From Promethearchaeota archaeon (GTDB lineage: Archaea; Asgardarchaeota; Lokiarchaeia; Sigyniarchaeales; SOKP01): a DNA stretch of 32,000 nucleotides. The notes below the pieces were generated by a model. The model ran no database searches and had not been told where the DNA came from. It saw only the letters and a program-made list of their open reading frames with translations. Where the stretch lies: contig JAUWGH010000001.1 in the NCBI GenBank assembly GCA_030606485.1, positions 30,001-62,000 of the forward strand, given 5' to 3'. Of this stretch, positions 1-8,782 are shown one piece after another; position 1 is the stretch's first letter; every line of letters begins with the position of its first letter. The translations under genes and the position numbers were made by a program.

Positions 1-1
1 A

Positions 2-973
2 TATTACGGAGAAATTAAATGTATTATTCCACGGATTACCTTATTTGGAAAAATAAAAGATGCAGATCCGTTATTTGCACCCTTGATAGGTGATCTTGAT
101 TTAGGTGACTTTAATCCGGAAAAATCAGAGCATAAAGGACCAATGATCGGGAATTATTCATATATAACTGAACTAATTACTTCAATGGATAAAGACACAA
201 CCAAAAATAATTTAACTCGCTATCACGAACAGTATCAAAGGCATGGAGAACCAATTTGTGATTTTCTACTAAAGGATAAAGAATTAATGGATGCAATGGA
301 AAAACTTTCCTCAGCCATAGAGTCAAAAAGAACCAGCTCATCTGTGTCAGTTTGCGCTATAGCAGTACCAAACATACAAGATAAGTCAACAATTGTTGTT
401 GTTCAAGATGAAAGTAAATCACCAAACGCATATGCTACTTGCTTTGAAGCATTATTACGGTTCTCTGCCCTATGTTATGAAGCACCCTCTACAAAAAAAC
501 CTTCAGAAATGAGTACTAGCCCAACACCTCCAACTCAAGCAGGACAGGCTATTGGACCAGGCGGACAGAGATTAGAGGTTTGGACTCAAGAAGAACTTGT
601 AAAAGATGCAGCTGAGCGCGGGCTTGGAACTGGACTTCCACCAAACATGGAACTATGGACTGAAGAGCAATTAATAGATATGGCAAAATCTCGTACTGAT
701 TTAGGAGTTAATTTACCTGAATGGTCTGAAGAAGAACTTGAAAAGCTAACAAAATCTCGTCAGGGAACACTAAATATTCCTGAATGGAAGGATACTGGCT
801 TACCTGTATGTGAAAAGTGTGGTTATACACTCAGAGAAGGTTGGTCTGAGTGCCCTATTTGCAACTGGAAGGTTGGAGCGCCAGTACCTAAAGAAGAGCA
901 AGAAAAAGATAGTTCTGATGATATTGAAAAAATCGAGCAAATTCAAAATGAAGATAAAAATGATTCAGAATGA
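2..973 (+). CDS. Hypothetical protein, 5'-truncated: globular N-terminal region, Pro/Thr linker, 3.5 Trp-anchored helical repeats, C4 zinc ribbon, acidic tail
   Basis: Frame is open from base 2 (YYGEIKCIIPRITLFGKIKDADPLFAPL precedes the TTG called at 83), so the start lies upstream of the window. W[TS]xE[EQ]L repeats; CEKC-x10-CPIC at 809-862. Confidence 0.85.
   Translation, partial: YYGEIKCIIPRITLFGKIKDADPLFAPLIGDLDLGDFNPEKSEHKGPMIGNYSYITELITSMDKDTTKNNLTRYHEQYQRHGEPICDFLLKDKELMDAMEKLSSAIESKRTSSSVSVCAIAVPNIQDKSTIVVVQDESKSPNAYATCFEALLRFSALCYEAPSTKKPSEMSTSPTPPTQAGQAIGPGGQRLEVWTQEELVKDAAERGLGTGLPPNMELWTEEQLIDMAKSRTDLGVNLPEWSEEELEKLTKSRQGTLNIPEWKDTGLPVCEKCGYTLREGWSECPICNWKVGAPVPKEEQEKDSSDDIEKIEQIQNEDKNDSE
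572..790 (+). repeat. Intragenic degenerate tandem repeat (21-25 aa period)
   Basis: LEVWTQEELVKDAAERG / MELWTEEQLIDMAKSRT / LPEWSEEELEKLTKSRQ / IPEWKD. Trp codons at 581, 656, 722, 785. Also visible in DNA (tggactcaagaagaactt vs tggtctgaagaagaactt; aaaatctcgt twice; cctgaatgg twice). Confidence 0.85.
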
Positions 974-1088
974 TATAATTAAATTTTACTATTTTTTAAA
1001 AAATTTTTTTAATCATCCAATTTTTAAATAGTTAATATTTTGAATTATTTTTAATTTACAAAACCAAAAAATAAACCTGATTATTGCT

Positions 1089-2093
1089 ATGCTAAAAGAC
1101 ATATTCTTTATAAACAGTAGAGATTCCAGTGTACTAAATGTTGATTTAACCCAAGATAATTTTTCAAATATGAAAATAATAAGCTATCCAAAAAAATTAT
1201 CTAACATTGTTAAAAACAAGTCTATCTCAGATCTAATATTGAATTTTAAAGAAAAAGTATCCAGTCTCGAGGTGGGAAAAAATAAAACTCCTGTTTTGTA
1301 TTCCCCATTAATTACTGAAGGAATTAACATATATAGCTGTCTAATTTATCCCGATGCAATTATCGGTTTAATTTTGGATAAAGATGATAATCCCTATGAT
1401 TTAAAAGAAGTTTTTCAAGATCAAATTAACAAATATTTTTTACCTCAAAAGAAAAATATTATTAATAATCATTTCGAATTAGAAACACTATTAATCTCAA
1501 TCTTTATAGACATAAGACGATATTATGATGAAATTTTAGGATATTCTCCATTTTTAGCATTTAGAGATCATGGATCGATATTAAAAGTTTTTATTTTTGG
1601 GCTTGATGAAGCTGGTAAAACTTCATATGTACGAAGAATAACTACGGGAGAATATGATGAAAATTATTATGAACCAACTAGACAGTTCAATATTGATCAT
1701 TATACACATAATGATTACAATTTTATTTTTTGGGATGTTCCTGGTCAAGTAAGACTTAGATCTAAGTGGCTTTTAGGGATGCAAGATTCTAATATGTTAA
1801 TATATATGATAGATGCAGCCGATGAAGTAAGATTTGAAGAATCTAAAAAAGAATTATGGAATATTTTAGTTCGATACGAGCTTGAGGGTGTTCCTCTTCT
1901 AATTTTGGCTAATAAAATAGATTTGCCTTTTGCTCTCACATCAGAAAAGGAATTAATCACACATATTAATTTAAATGAAATTACTAATCGGACTTGGGAT
2001 ATTATGACTATTAGTGTAGCAGATAATATTAATATTAAAAAATCTTTAGATTGGTTAAGTGAGAAAGCATCCACAATTTTACCAGATGTCTAA
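1089..2093 (+). CDS. Arf-like small GTPase with N-terminal longin-like domain
   Basis: G1 GLDEAGKT, G2 EPT, G3 WDVPGQ, G4 NKID; Arf-like C-terminus (WDIMTISVADN...LDWLSE). The N-terminal ~150 aa show a longin-like strand/helix pattern (DIFFIN..., YSCLIYPDAIIGLILDKDDN). Confidence 0.88.
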   Translation: MLKDIFFINSRDSSVLNVDLTQDNFSNMKIISYPKKLSNIVKNKSISDLILNFKEKVSSLEVGKNKTPVLYSPLITEGINIYSCLIYPDAIIGLILDKDDNPYDLKEVFQDQINKYFLPQKKNIINNHFELETLLISIFIDIRRYYDEILGYSPFLAFRDHGSILKVFIFGLDEAGKTSYVRRITTGEYDENYYEPTRQFNIDHYTHNDYNFIFWDVPGQVRLRSKWLLGMQDSNMLIYMIDAADEVRFEESKKELWNILVRYELEGVPLLILANKIDLPFALTSEKELITHINLNEITNRTWDIMTISVADNINIKKSLDWLSEKASTILPDV

Positions 2094-2110
2094 AATTTAT
2101 CTTGGCTTGC

Positions 2111-2124
2111 TTTTTTTAATTTTT
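2111..2124 (+). terminator. Putative archaeal oligo(T) terminator
   Basis: T7 run plus further T tract about 18 nt after the GTPase stop; low specificity in an AT-rich genome. Confidence 0.35.
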
Positions 2125-2271
2125 CTTGCATTCTTTTATTATAATTCAAAACATTAAATAAAATAAAAAAACTGAATTATAATTAGGAAGAATATAATAA
2201 TAATAAACACTAATAATAAACAAGAAAAAAATTATAAAAAGGAATTTCAATTAAAACGAAGGCGCGGAAGT

Positions 2272-2793
2272 ATGTTTAAACGGGTAAAAAAAGTAGAAAA
2301 TGTTGTCTTAGATGAAGAAAAATCTCATATTTATTTAAAAGATACAAATTTACCTCTTCTAATGATTAGACCAGAAGAATTAATTGAGTTCGGAGAATTG
2401 GCTGGCTCAGAATCTGTAGATATCCTAATCTGGGTTGGTAAGTCCATTGGCAAATCCATAGCTAAAGAGTTTATTAAAACTAGCGATGTAGCATCATTAA
2501 AATTTCGAGAGAAAATGAAAATAATTAATTCTATACTTGAAATATTACAGAGTTTAGGATATGGAATTCTTGTTTTAAATTATGGAAAGGGAAATATTAC
2601 TATCGATGTGGGAAATCCTCTTTCAAAAGATTATCAAGATAATATTATGGCAAAAAATATTTGTATTATTTACAATGGAATTTTCACAGGTCTTCTTGAA
2701 GTGATAGGAATAGATAGTGAAGGGAGAGAGATTAATTGTATTTTGAAAGGAGCAGATATGTGCTCATTTAAATTTGAGTTTGAGCAAGATTAA
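2272..2793 (+). CDS. V4R (4-vinyl reductase) domain protein
   Basis: LGYG hairpin and C...E-x2-C-x7-C-x-F pattern (NICII...REINCILKGADMCSFKFE) typical of V4R, with the putative Zn ligands present. Confidence 0.88.
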   Translation: MFKRVKKVENVVLDEEKSHIYLKDTNLPLLMIRPEELIEFGELAGSESVDILIWVGKSIGKSIAKEFIKTSDVASLKFREKMKIINSILEILQSLGYGILVLNYGKGNITIDVGNPLSKDYQDNIMAKNICIIYNGIFTGLLEVIGIDSEGREINCILKGADMCSFKFEFEQD

Positions 2794-3020
2794 ATCACAT
2801 TTCTTTTTTATAATAAGATAATCTAAACTTGGGTTTTAAATATTATTTTTAGTTAAATTATTTTTTAATTCAATCATTTCCAATTAAAAAGGAAGTTATT
2901 AAATATAGTTAAAACTCAAAAAAATTGATTAAATTATAAAAGTCAAAATTTAAAATCGATTTCTTTTTTTCTTTATTAATTTACGATAAATATTAACTAT
3001 TAATAAATTTGTGAAAAATA

Positions 3021-5378
3021 TTGACGGAAAAAGGCGCAAGAATAAAAATAGATGAATATAAAGGTCCACTTGGAAAAATTAAGGGTTTTGAGTTCACTGT
3101 TGGCAAAATAGTTTCCAGTGATTATGAAGAATGGGAACCGATGGGTCCAACTCCAAAACCAAGTATTGCAACTTTAAGACCTTGGTTCTTTAAATTAATG
3201 GAACGATATCCTCCTTTTTATATGCCTATCTGTGATATGTGCTGTCTTTGTACCTATGGAAAATGCAATTTATCAAAGGGAAGGACTGGTGCATGCGGAA
3301 TTAATATGGAAGCACAGCAAGGAAGAATAGTTGAGATAGCATGTTGTATAGGTGCAAGTTGCCATAGTTCTCATGGAGATCACTTAATCCATCATTTAAT
3401 GCACAAATTTGGGGATGTGCCAATAAATTTTGGAAGTAAGATTGAAGTTGAAATGCCAATGACTCGATTAATTGTAGGTATGAAACCTGAATGCCTTTCT
3501 GATTGTGCAGAAGCAATGAAATGGGCCCAAAAAACTATTTCACATCTTTTATCTGCAGGACATACTGGTCAAGAATCCAGTTATTTAGATTTTGAATCAA
3601 AAAGTTTTTTAGCGGGTCTTTGTGATAATGTGGGAATGGAGATTGCAGATGCCGTGCAAATTGCCGCGTATGGATTCCCCAAGGGAGAAGCTGATGTCCC
3701 GATAGTAGAATTGGGTATGGGAACACTAGATACAGAAAATAAAGCCATAATTTTGATGATTGGTCACAATGTAGCTCCAGGAATTGAATTAGCAGATTAT
3801 ATGAGAGAAAAAGAATTGGAGAATAAAGTAGATGTGGGTGCTATATGTTGTACTGCAATAGATCTTACTCGATATTATGAAGGTGCTAAAATAGTGGGCT
3901 CATTATCAAGACAATTAAAATACATTCGTTCTGGGTTGGCAGATGTAGTTATGGTAGATGAACAATGCGTTCATTTACGTACTTTTGAAGAAGCAAAGAA
4001 AATAAATGCACCCTATATTGCTACTAATGACAAAAGAATGGAGGGTTTGCCCGATAGAACTGCTGATCCAGCAGAAGAAATTATTGATGATCTAGTCTCA
4101 GGAAAAGCACTAGGTGTGCTCATTCTTGATCCTGAAAAAGCGGGAAAAGTGGCAGTTGAAGTTGCGATTAAAGTAAAACCAATAAGAAAAGGAAAGAAAT
4201 CTATTCCTGATAAAGAAGGGGCAATTGAAATGGCTAAAAAATGTATCACATGTGGAAATTGCCAGAGGAATTGCCCTAATGATTTACCTTTAGTAGATGC
4301 AATAGAGGCAGCAAAGAGTGGAGACTTTAAATTATTAACCGATATTTCAGAATGGTGTTTGGATTGCGGTCGCTGTGAAGGAGAATGTATGCATGGTGTC
4401 TCTCCCTTAGATTTAATCATATTTGCTGGACAAGAATATATCAAAAATGAAACATTTAATATGAGAGTTGGTAGAGGTCCCATACAAGATACAGAAATTC
4501 GTAATGTAGGAGCTCCAATAGTTTTTGGAGAAATTCCTGGTATTATTGCGATTATAGGTTGTGCAAACTATGCTAAAGAAATTCAAGAACTTTATCGTTT
4601 AGCGGAAGAATTTTTAATTAGAAATTATATTGTAGTAGTTACTGGATGCGCTGCAATGGATATTGCATTGGTGAAAAATGAGGATGGTGAAACATTATAT
4701 GATCGATTTACAGGTGAATTTGATCGAGGAGGTTTAGTTAATTGTGGAAGCTGCGTCAGTAATCCTCATATTTGTGGTGCTGCAGTTAAAATTGCAAACA
4801 TTTTTGCAAGGCGTCCATTACGTGGAAATTATGAGGAAATTGCTGATTATGTATTAAATCGAGTTGGAGCAGTAGGCGTTGCTTGGGGGGCTATGTCTCA
4901 GAAGGCGGCAAGTATTGCCAGTAGTGCAAACGGTTTGGGCATACCAGCAATATGTGGTCCTCATGCTGCAGAATATAGAAGGATGTATCTTGGTCGAACT
5001 GATAATGATGAGGTTTGGAAAGCCTATAATGCAAGAGATGGAACGTCAGGGCATCAAGTTGCCCCCGCTCCAGAACACCTTCTAACAACCGCAGAATCAA
5101 TAGAGCAAGCAATTGTCCTCTGTGCTAAGTTTTGTATTCGACCAGCTGATACTACTAAAGGTAGAATGATTAAACTTTCACACTGGATTGACTTATCTCG
5201 CAAATATCTTGGCGTTGATCTTCCAGAAGATTTAGAGAAATATATTCGAGTTGAAGCTGATATCCCAATCAGTATGAAAGCAGAAATCCTAGAATATCTT
5301 AAATCCAAGAAATGGGAGCCAAAAGAAATTATCGATCCTACTATCGTAGAAAGATTATCAAAAATATATTTAAAATAA
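3021..5378 (+). CDS. cdhA: Ni-CO dehydrogenase/acetyl-CoA synthase complex alpha subunit (archaeal type)
   Basis: 785 aa, TTG start. CDMCCLCTYGKC cluster motif; C-cluster ligand motifs GHNV, ICCT, DEQC, GCAN, TGCA, GSCVSN; inserted 2x[4Fe-4S] domain CITCGNCQRNCP / CLDCGRCEGEC. Confidence 0.96.
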   Translation: MTEKGARIKIDEYKGPLGKIKGFEFTVGKIVSSDYEEWEPMGPTPKPSIATLRPWFFKLMERYPPFYMPICDMCCLCTYGKCNLSKGRTGACGINMEAQQGRIVEIACCIGASCHSSHGDHLIHHLMHKFGDVPINFGSKIEVEMPMTRLIVGMKPECLSDCAEAMKWAQKTISHLLSAGHTGQESSYLDFESKSFLAGLCDNVGMEIADAVQIAAYGFPKGEADVPIVELGMGTLDTENKAIILMIGHNVAPGIELADYMREKELENKVDVGAICCTAIDLTRYYEGAKIVGSLSRQLKYIRSGLADVVMVDEQCVHLRTFEEAKKINAPYIATNDKRMEGLPDRTADPAEEIIDDLVSGKALGVLILDPEKAGKVAVEVAIKVKPIRKGKKSIPDKEGAIEMAKKCITCGNCQRNCPNDLPLVDAIEAAKSGDFKLLTDISEWCLDCGRCEGECMHGVSPLDLIIFAGQEYIKNETFNMRVGRGPIQDTEIRNVGAPIVFGEIPGIIAIIGCANYAKEIQELYRLAEEFLIRNYIVVVTGCAAMDIALVKNEDGETLYDRFTGEFDRGGLVNCGSCVSNPHICGAAVKIANIFARRPLRGNYEEIADYVLNRVGAVGVAWGAMSQKAASIASSANGLGIPAICGPHAAEYRRMYLGRTDNDEVWKAYNARDGTSGHQVAPAPEHLLTTAESIEQAIVLCAKFCIRPADTTKGRMIKLSHWIDLSRKYLGVDLPEDLEKYIRVEADIPISMKAEILEYLKSKKWEPKEIIDPTIVERLSKIYLK

Positions 5379-5455
5379 TTTTACATTTTTTATTCTTTTT
5401 TTTTAATTTTATCTTAATTAATTTTTAAAAAAAGTAACTACAAAAAAAGATAAGA
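5379..5455. terminator. Putative bidirectional oligo(T) terminator region between convergent cdhA and mrp
   Basis: T tracts (T9 at 5396-5404) after the cdhA stop and A7 tracts (5427-5433, 5442-5448) that read as T tracts after the mrp stop. Confidence 0.45.
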
Positions 5456-6310
5456 CTATTTCTCTAAGATATCCCTAATTTTTTTTACAGATTCTGTAAA
5501 AGCTTTTGCGGCTGGAGAATCTGGAAATTGAATTATGAATGGTAATCCTGAGTCACCAGTAACTCTAATATTTGGATCTAGGGGAATTTGACCCAAAAGA
5601 GGTACGTTAAAATCTTTTGCCGCTTTTTCTCCGCCTCCTTTACCAAATAAATCGATTTTATAGCCACACTCAGGGCAAATATATCCTGACATATTTTCTA
5701 TAATTCCTATTACATCCCTATTCATGATAAGAGACATCTTAATGGTTTTTCTAGAATCCATCAGTGCTACTTCTTGAGGTGTTGTAACTATAACGATATG
5801 GACATCAGGTATCAGTTGTAATATATCTAAAATCTCATCTCCCGTGCCGGGTGGTAAATCAATTATTAAATAATCCAAATAACCCCATTGTGCATCCCCA
5901 AGAAATTGCCTGGTTGCGCTCATTTTCATTGGACCACGCCAAATAACCGGACTATCACTATCCTCAATTAAAAATGCCATGCTCATGACTTTAATGTTAA
6001 GAGGTCCATTGATTGGATAAAATTGCATCTTATCTGGATCTACTTGTGGTTTCAATTCAGGACTAATCCCAATCATTTTCGCTACATTTGGTCCAGTGAT
6101 ATCAATATCAAGCAACCCTACAGCAGAACCTGTGCTTGCTAGTTTCATGGCTAAATTCACTGCAACTGTGCTCTTGCCAACCCCACCTTTTCCTGAAATT
6201 ATCGCTATTTTGTGTCTTATCTTTTCCATGTTTGATTTTATTAATTCCATTCTTTGCTCATTAGTAAGTCCTTTTTTTTCTTCACTTTTTTTTTCCATTT
6301 TCTCTTGCAC
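5456..6310 (-). CDS. apbC: Mrp/ApbC/Nbp35-family Fe-S cluster carrier ATPase
   Basis: Deviant Walker A GKGGVGKS, LDIDITGP, PVIWRGP, DLPPGTGD, ENMSGYICPECG. Start GTG 6310 or ATG 6298. Confidence 0.95.
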   Translation of the reverse strand: MQEKMEKKSEEKKGLTNEQRMELIKSNMEKIRHKIAIISGKGGVGKSTVAVNLAMKLASTGSAVGLLDIDITGPNVAKMIGISPELKPQVDPDKMQFYPINGPLNIKVMSMAFLIEDSDSPVIWRGPMKMSATRQFLGDAQWGYLDYLIIDLPPGTGDEILDILQLIPDVHIVIVTTPQEVALMDSRKTIKMSLIMNRDVIGIIENMSGYICPECGYKIDLFGKGGGEKAAKDFNVPLLGQIPLDPNIRVTGDSGLPFIIQFPDSPAAKAFTESVKKIRDILEK

Positions 6311-6541
6311 TTTTTGCGAAATTTATACAAAACTTATTTTAAATTAGATATGCTAAGCATCCTATTATGGTTATTTATAATAAAAAAAAGATAAAAGATA
6401 AAATTTATGAATAATTATTAAAAAATCCTGGATTTACTTTTTAATTTATAAATTAATTAAAAATTTTTTTAATTAATTAAAAAATTATAAAAAGTGTTTT
6501 AAACTTCTTAAAATATATCTAATAAATTAATCAATTAATGG

Positions 6542-7054
6542 GTGAAAAAATTGACTAAAATTTTAGCAGTAATAGGTGGAATTATTGGTATCTTGGCTAC
6601 TGTTTTAACCTTTGTTGAACCCTCGTTAGGATGGTGGGAAGTTAATCAACAGCTAATTGTTACGAACTCAGCTTATTTAAATCCATATGGATATAATGTG
6701 AATGGAGATTTTGCGGGTGAATTGTTTTTAATTGGTGGACTCTTGTTTCTTGCCAGTTCTATTTTAGTAATTTTGGCTGCTGCAAAGGGATCAAAAGGAG
6801 GATCAATTTTATTCGCATTTTTAATGATTGTAGGTCTAGCACTATTCTGTTATGCACTTTATTCTGAAGATCACTTTGAATCTATACTTTCTGGTTTAGA
6901 ATGGCTTTTTGGAGCTGATTACAACGTCTTTTTTGGAAGTGTCGATCTGGGAATTTTTGGATTATATACTTGGAGATTGGGAAATGGATTTTTTGTTGCA
7001 TGTGCTGGGGCAGCAATAAGTTTAGTTGGTGCATTTTTAGTGAAAAGAAAATAA
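6542..7054 (+). CDS. Four-TM membrane protein, claudin/PMP22-like topology
   Basis: Four hydrophobic segments (about aa 7-25, 59-81, 87-107, 146-166); Trp just after TM1; TM4 preceded by WRLGNGFFVA; basic C-terminus KRK. The family call is tentative. Confidence 0.75.
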   Translation: MKKLTKILAVIGGIIGILATVLTFVEPSLGWWEVNQQLIVTNSAYLNPYGYNVNGDFAGELFLIGGLLFLASSILVILAAAKGSKGGSILFAFLMIVGLALFCYALYSEDHFESILSGLEWLFGADYNVFFGSVDLGIFGLYTWRLGNGFFVACAGAAISLVGAFLVKRK

Positions 7055-7192
7055 TAATATTTTAATAATTTCTAATCTGTTTTTTTTTAAATTTTTTAAA
7101 ATTCTTGCAGCATTAAGAGATTTTGACTAAATATTATCTTTAGTTTTGATCTATTATAAAAATAAATAAAGAGATAAAAGAAATTTAAAGAG

Positions 7193-8404
7193 TTAAACGA
7201 AAAGATTTATCAAAGGCATTATTTCTGTGGTGAAGTAATTTAATTTTTCATCTAAAAGTGATACATCTTCACTCAACAACCAAAGATAAACTGGAATCTT
7301 TTTATCGCTATACTCAAATAGTTTTTCTCCCCGAATAGAGAATTTATTTAACCTATATTCGAGCACCATCGAATTTTCTCTTAATAATCCAACTTTTGAA
7401 TGAAAACTCAATAAAGTCTGCATCAACAAAGCAGTATTGTTAATTAATGTTTCATCTACTTCTTTTTCAGCAAAACTACCAAAAATAAGTCCATCCGTAG
7501 AAATAATAGAAATAGCTCTTCCATTAATCAAATTTGAAAATCGAGATAAAATCTTTTCAATAATCTCTGAGGTCTCGGAGATCTTTTTCAAAGCAACTGA
7601 AAACATTTGTTTAATGGTAAAACTTTCGAAAATCGTAGTATTCACAAAATCAAGAGATTCAACACCATAGTCTTTTACCATATTCTTAAATTTGGTTTTT
7701 GCAGATTCAGCATTAGCTAAAGTTGTTTTATCATTTTTCAAATCAGGATCAAATTTATTTAGAATAATTAATAACTCAGGCTTCTCGTTTAAATCCTCGA
7801 GTACTTGAAGAACAATTTTTAGATAATTTGCGGACTCTACGAATCTCTTAGGATCTTGAACGTCAACTACGTATAAAAGTAAATCCGCTTCAGAAAAATA
7901 TAATTCAGGTCTCTTAAAATATAAATTCTCCCGATACTGGATCTGGCCACCTAAATCCCACGATACTACTCCAAAACCAAAGAAATCCAATTGCTCTCTT
8001 TGTACTCCTCTTGTAGGGAGAATATTTTTAACCATAGAATATTTATCTTGAACTACATTTAAAATCGAAGTCTTTCCACCATTATCCAATCCAATCAATA
8101 AAACTTTTTTCTGTGAAAATCTGCTTGAACTTATGAATTCCTGGATTACTTTTGCAATGCTTATCCATTTTTCTAAAATATCTGCGGTAATTTCTTTATT
8201 TTCTAAAATCTTATCATCAGGTAATTCTGCCAGATCTTTAATTGTATTCACTCCCGATTTCTTGAGAATATTTGCACTAATCGTATCAATTCCAATTAGA
8301 GAATCCACTTTGTATTTTATGATTTCCATAATATCATCAATGAGAATGCTTGATTTGAAAAAGCCCTTTATTTTTTCAATGTCATTTTTTCCTGATATTT
8401 GCAT
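7193..8404 (-). CDS. Rag/Gtr-like small GTPase with N-terminal HhH (DUF4332-like) domain and C-terminal roadblock-like domain
   Basis: G1 GLDNGGKT, G2 LPT, G3 WDLGGQ followed by Y-x3-LYF...YF, G4 NKFD, Rag-type G5 TTIFE; roadblock-like ISIISTDGLIFGS; N-terminal LIGIDTISANILKKSGVNTIKDLA...KWISIAK. Confidence 0.88.
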   Translation of the reverse strand: MQISGKNDIEKIKGFFKSSILIDDIMEIIKYKVDSLIGIDTISANILKKSGVNTIKDLAELPDDKILENKEITADILEKWISIAKVIQEFISSSRFSQKKVLLIGLDNGGKTSILNVVQDKYSMVKNILPTRGVQREQLDFFGFGVVSWDLGGQIQYRENLYFKRPELYFSEADLLLYVVDVQDPKRFVESANYLKIVLQVLEDLNEKPELLIILNKFDPDLKNDKTTLANAESAKTKFKNMVKDYGVESLDFVNTTIFESFTIKQMFSVALKKISETSEIIEKILSRFSNLINGRAISIISTDGLIFGSFAEKEVDETLINNTALLMQTLLSFHSKVGLLRENSMVLEYRLNKFSIRGEKLFEYSDKKIPVYLWLLSEDVSLLDEKLNYFTTEIMPLINLFV

Positions 8405-8782
8405 ATTCTAAATTCATTTTATTTGTTTAATTTTAAAATCAAATTAAATTAATATATTAATAATATTATTTATTTAAAATTATATTAATTATTTGCAAAA
8501 ATATCATAAAAAAAATCATCAAAAACACTTTTATTTTTATCTATTTATTTACACCAATTACAAAATTTATTTCAATTAGAATTTATAGAAAAAATGAATA
8601 TATAGAGTAGAATTGAACCTTAAGTATCTTCTTGCAATCTGCATTCTATTTGTCCCTTTTTATAAAAGTTTTTATAAGAGTTAATTTCTATTATATTCAT
8701 AAATACAACTTGAAAGGATTAATTTCCTCTTAGTTCATTAAAAAATTATTTAATTATTAAAAATATTTCTTCTAAAATTAAA

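Noticed and set aside
810-1031. 73-aa plus-strand ORF overlapping the end of the first gene
   Set aside because: Alternate frame of a real CDS running into AT-rich intergenic DNA; no motif.
1745-2074. Antisense ORF inside the longin-GTPase gene
   Set aside because: Shadow of a well-supported gene; Ser/Leu/Ile-rich composition typical of reverse-strand reads.
3301-5308. Six short ORFs within cdhA (3301, 3535, 4013, 4879, 4891, 5054)
   Set aside because: All nested in a conserved 785-aa gene; no independent motifs.
6451-6478. Perfect 13-bp inverted repeat AATTAATTAAAAA-tt-TTTTTAATTAATT
   Set aside because: A/T only, in a low-complexity spacer; plausible by chance and no second copy recognised.
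7437-8411. Plus-strand ORFs 7437-7670 and 8133-8411 (also 6096-6347)
   Set aside because: Antisense shadows of the Rag-like GTPase and apbC.
8613-8684. 23-codon hydrophobic mini-ORF (MNLKYLLAICILFVPF...) in the divergent spacer
   Set aside because: TTG start, very short, overlaps likely TATA elements; no supporting evidence.
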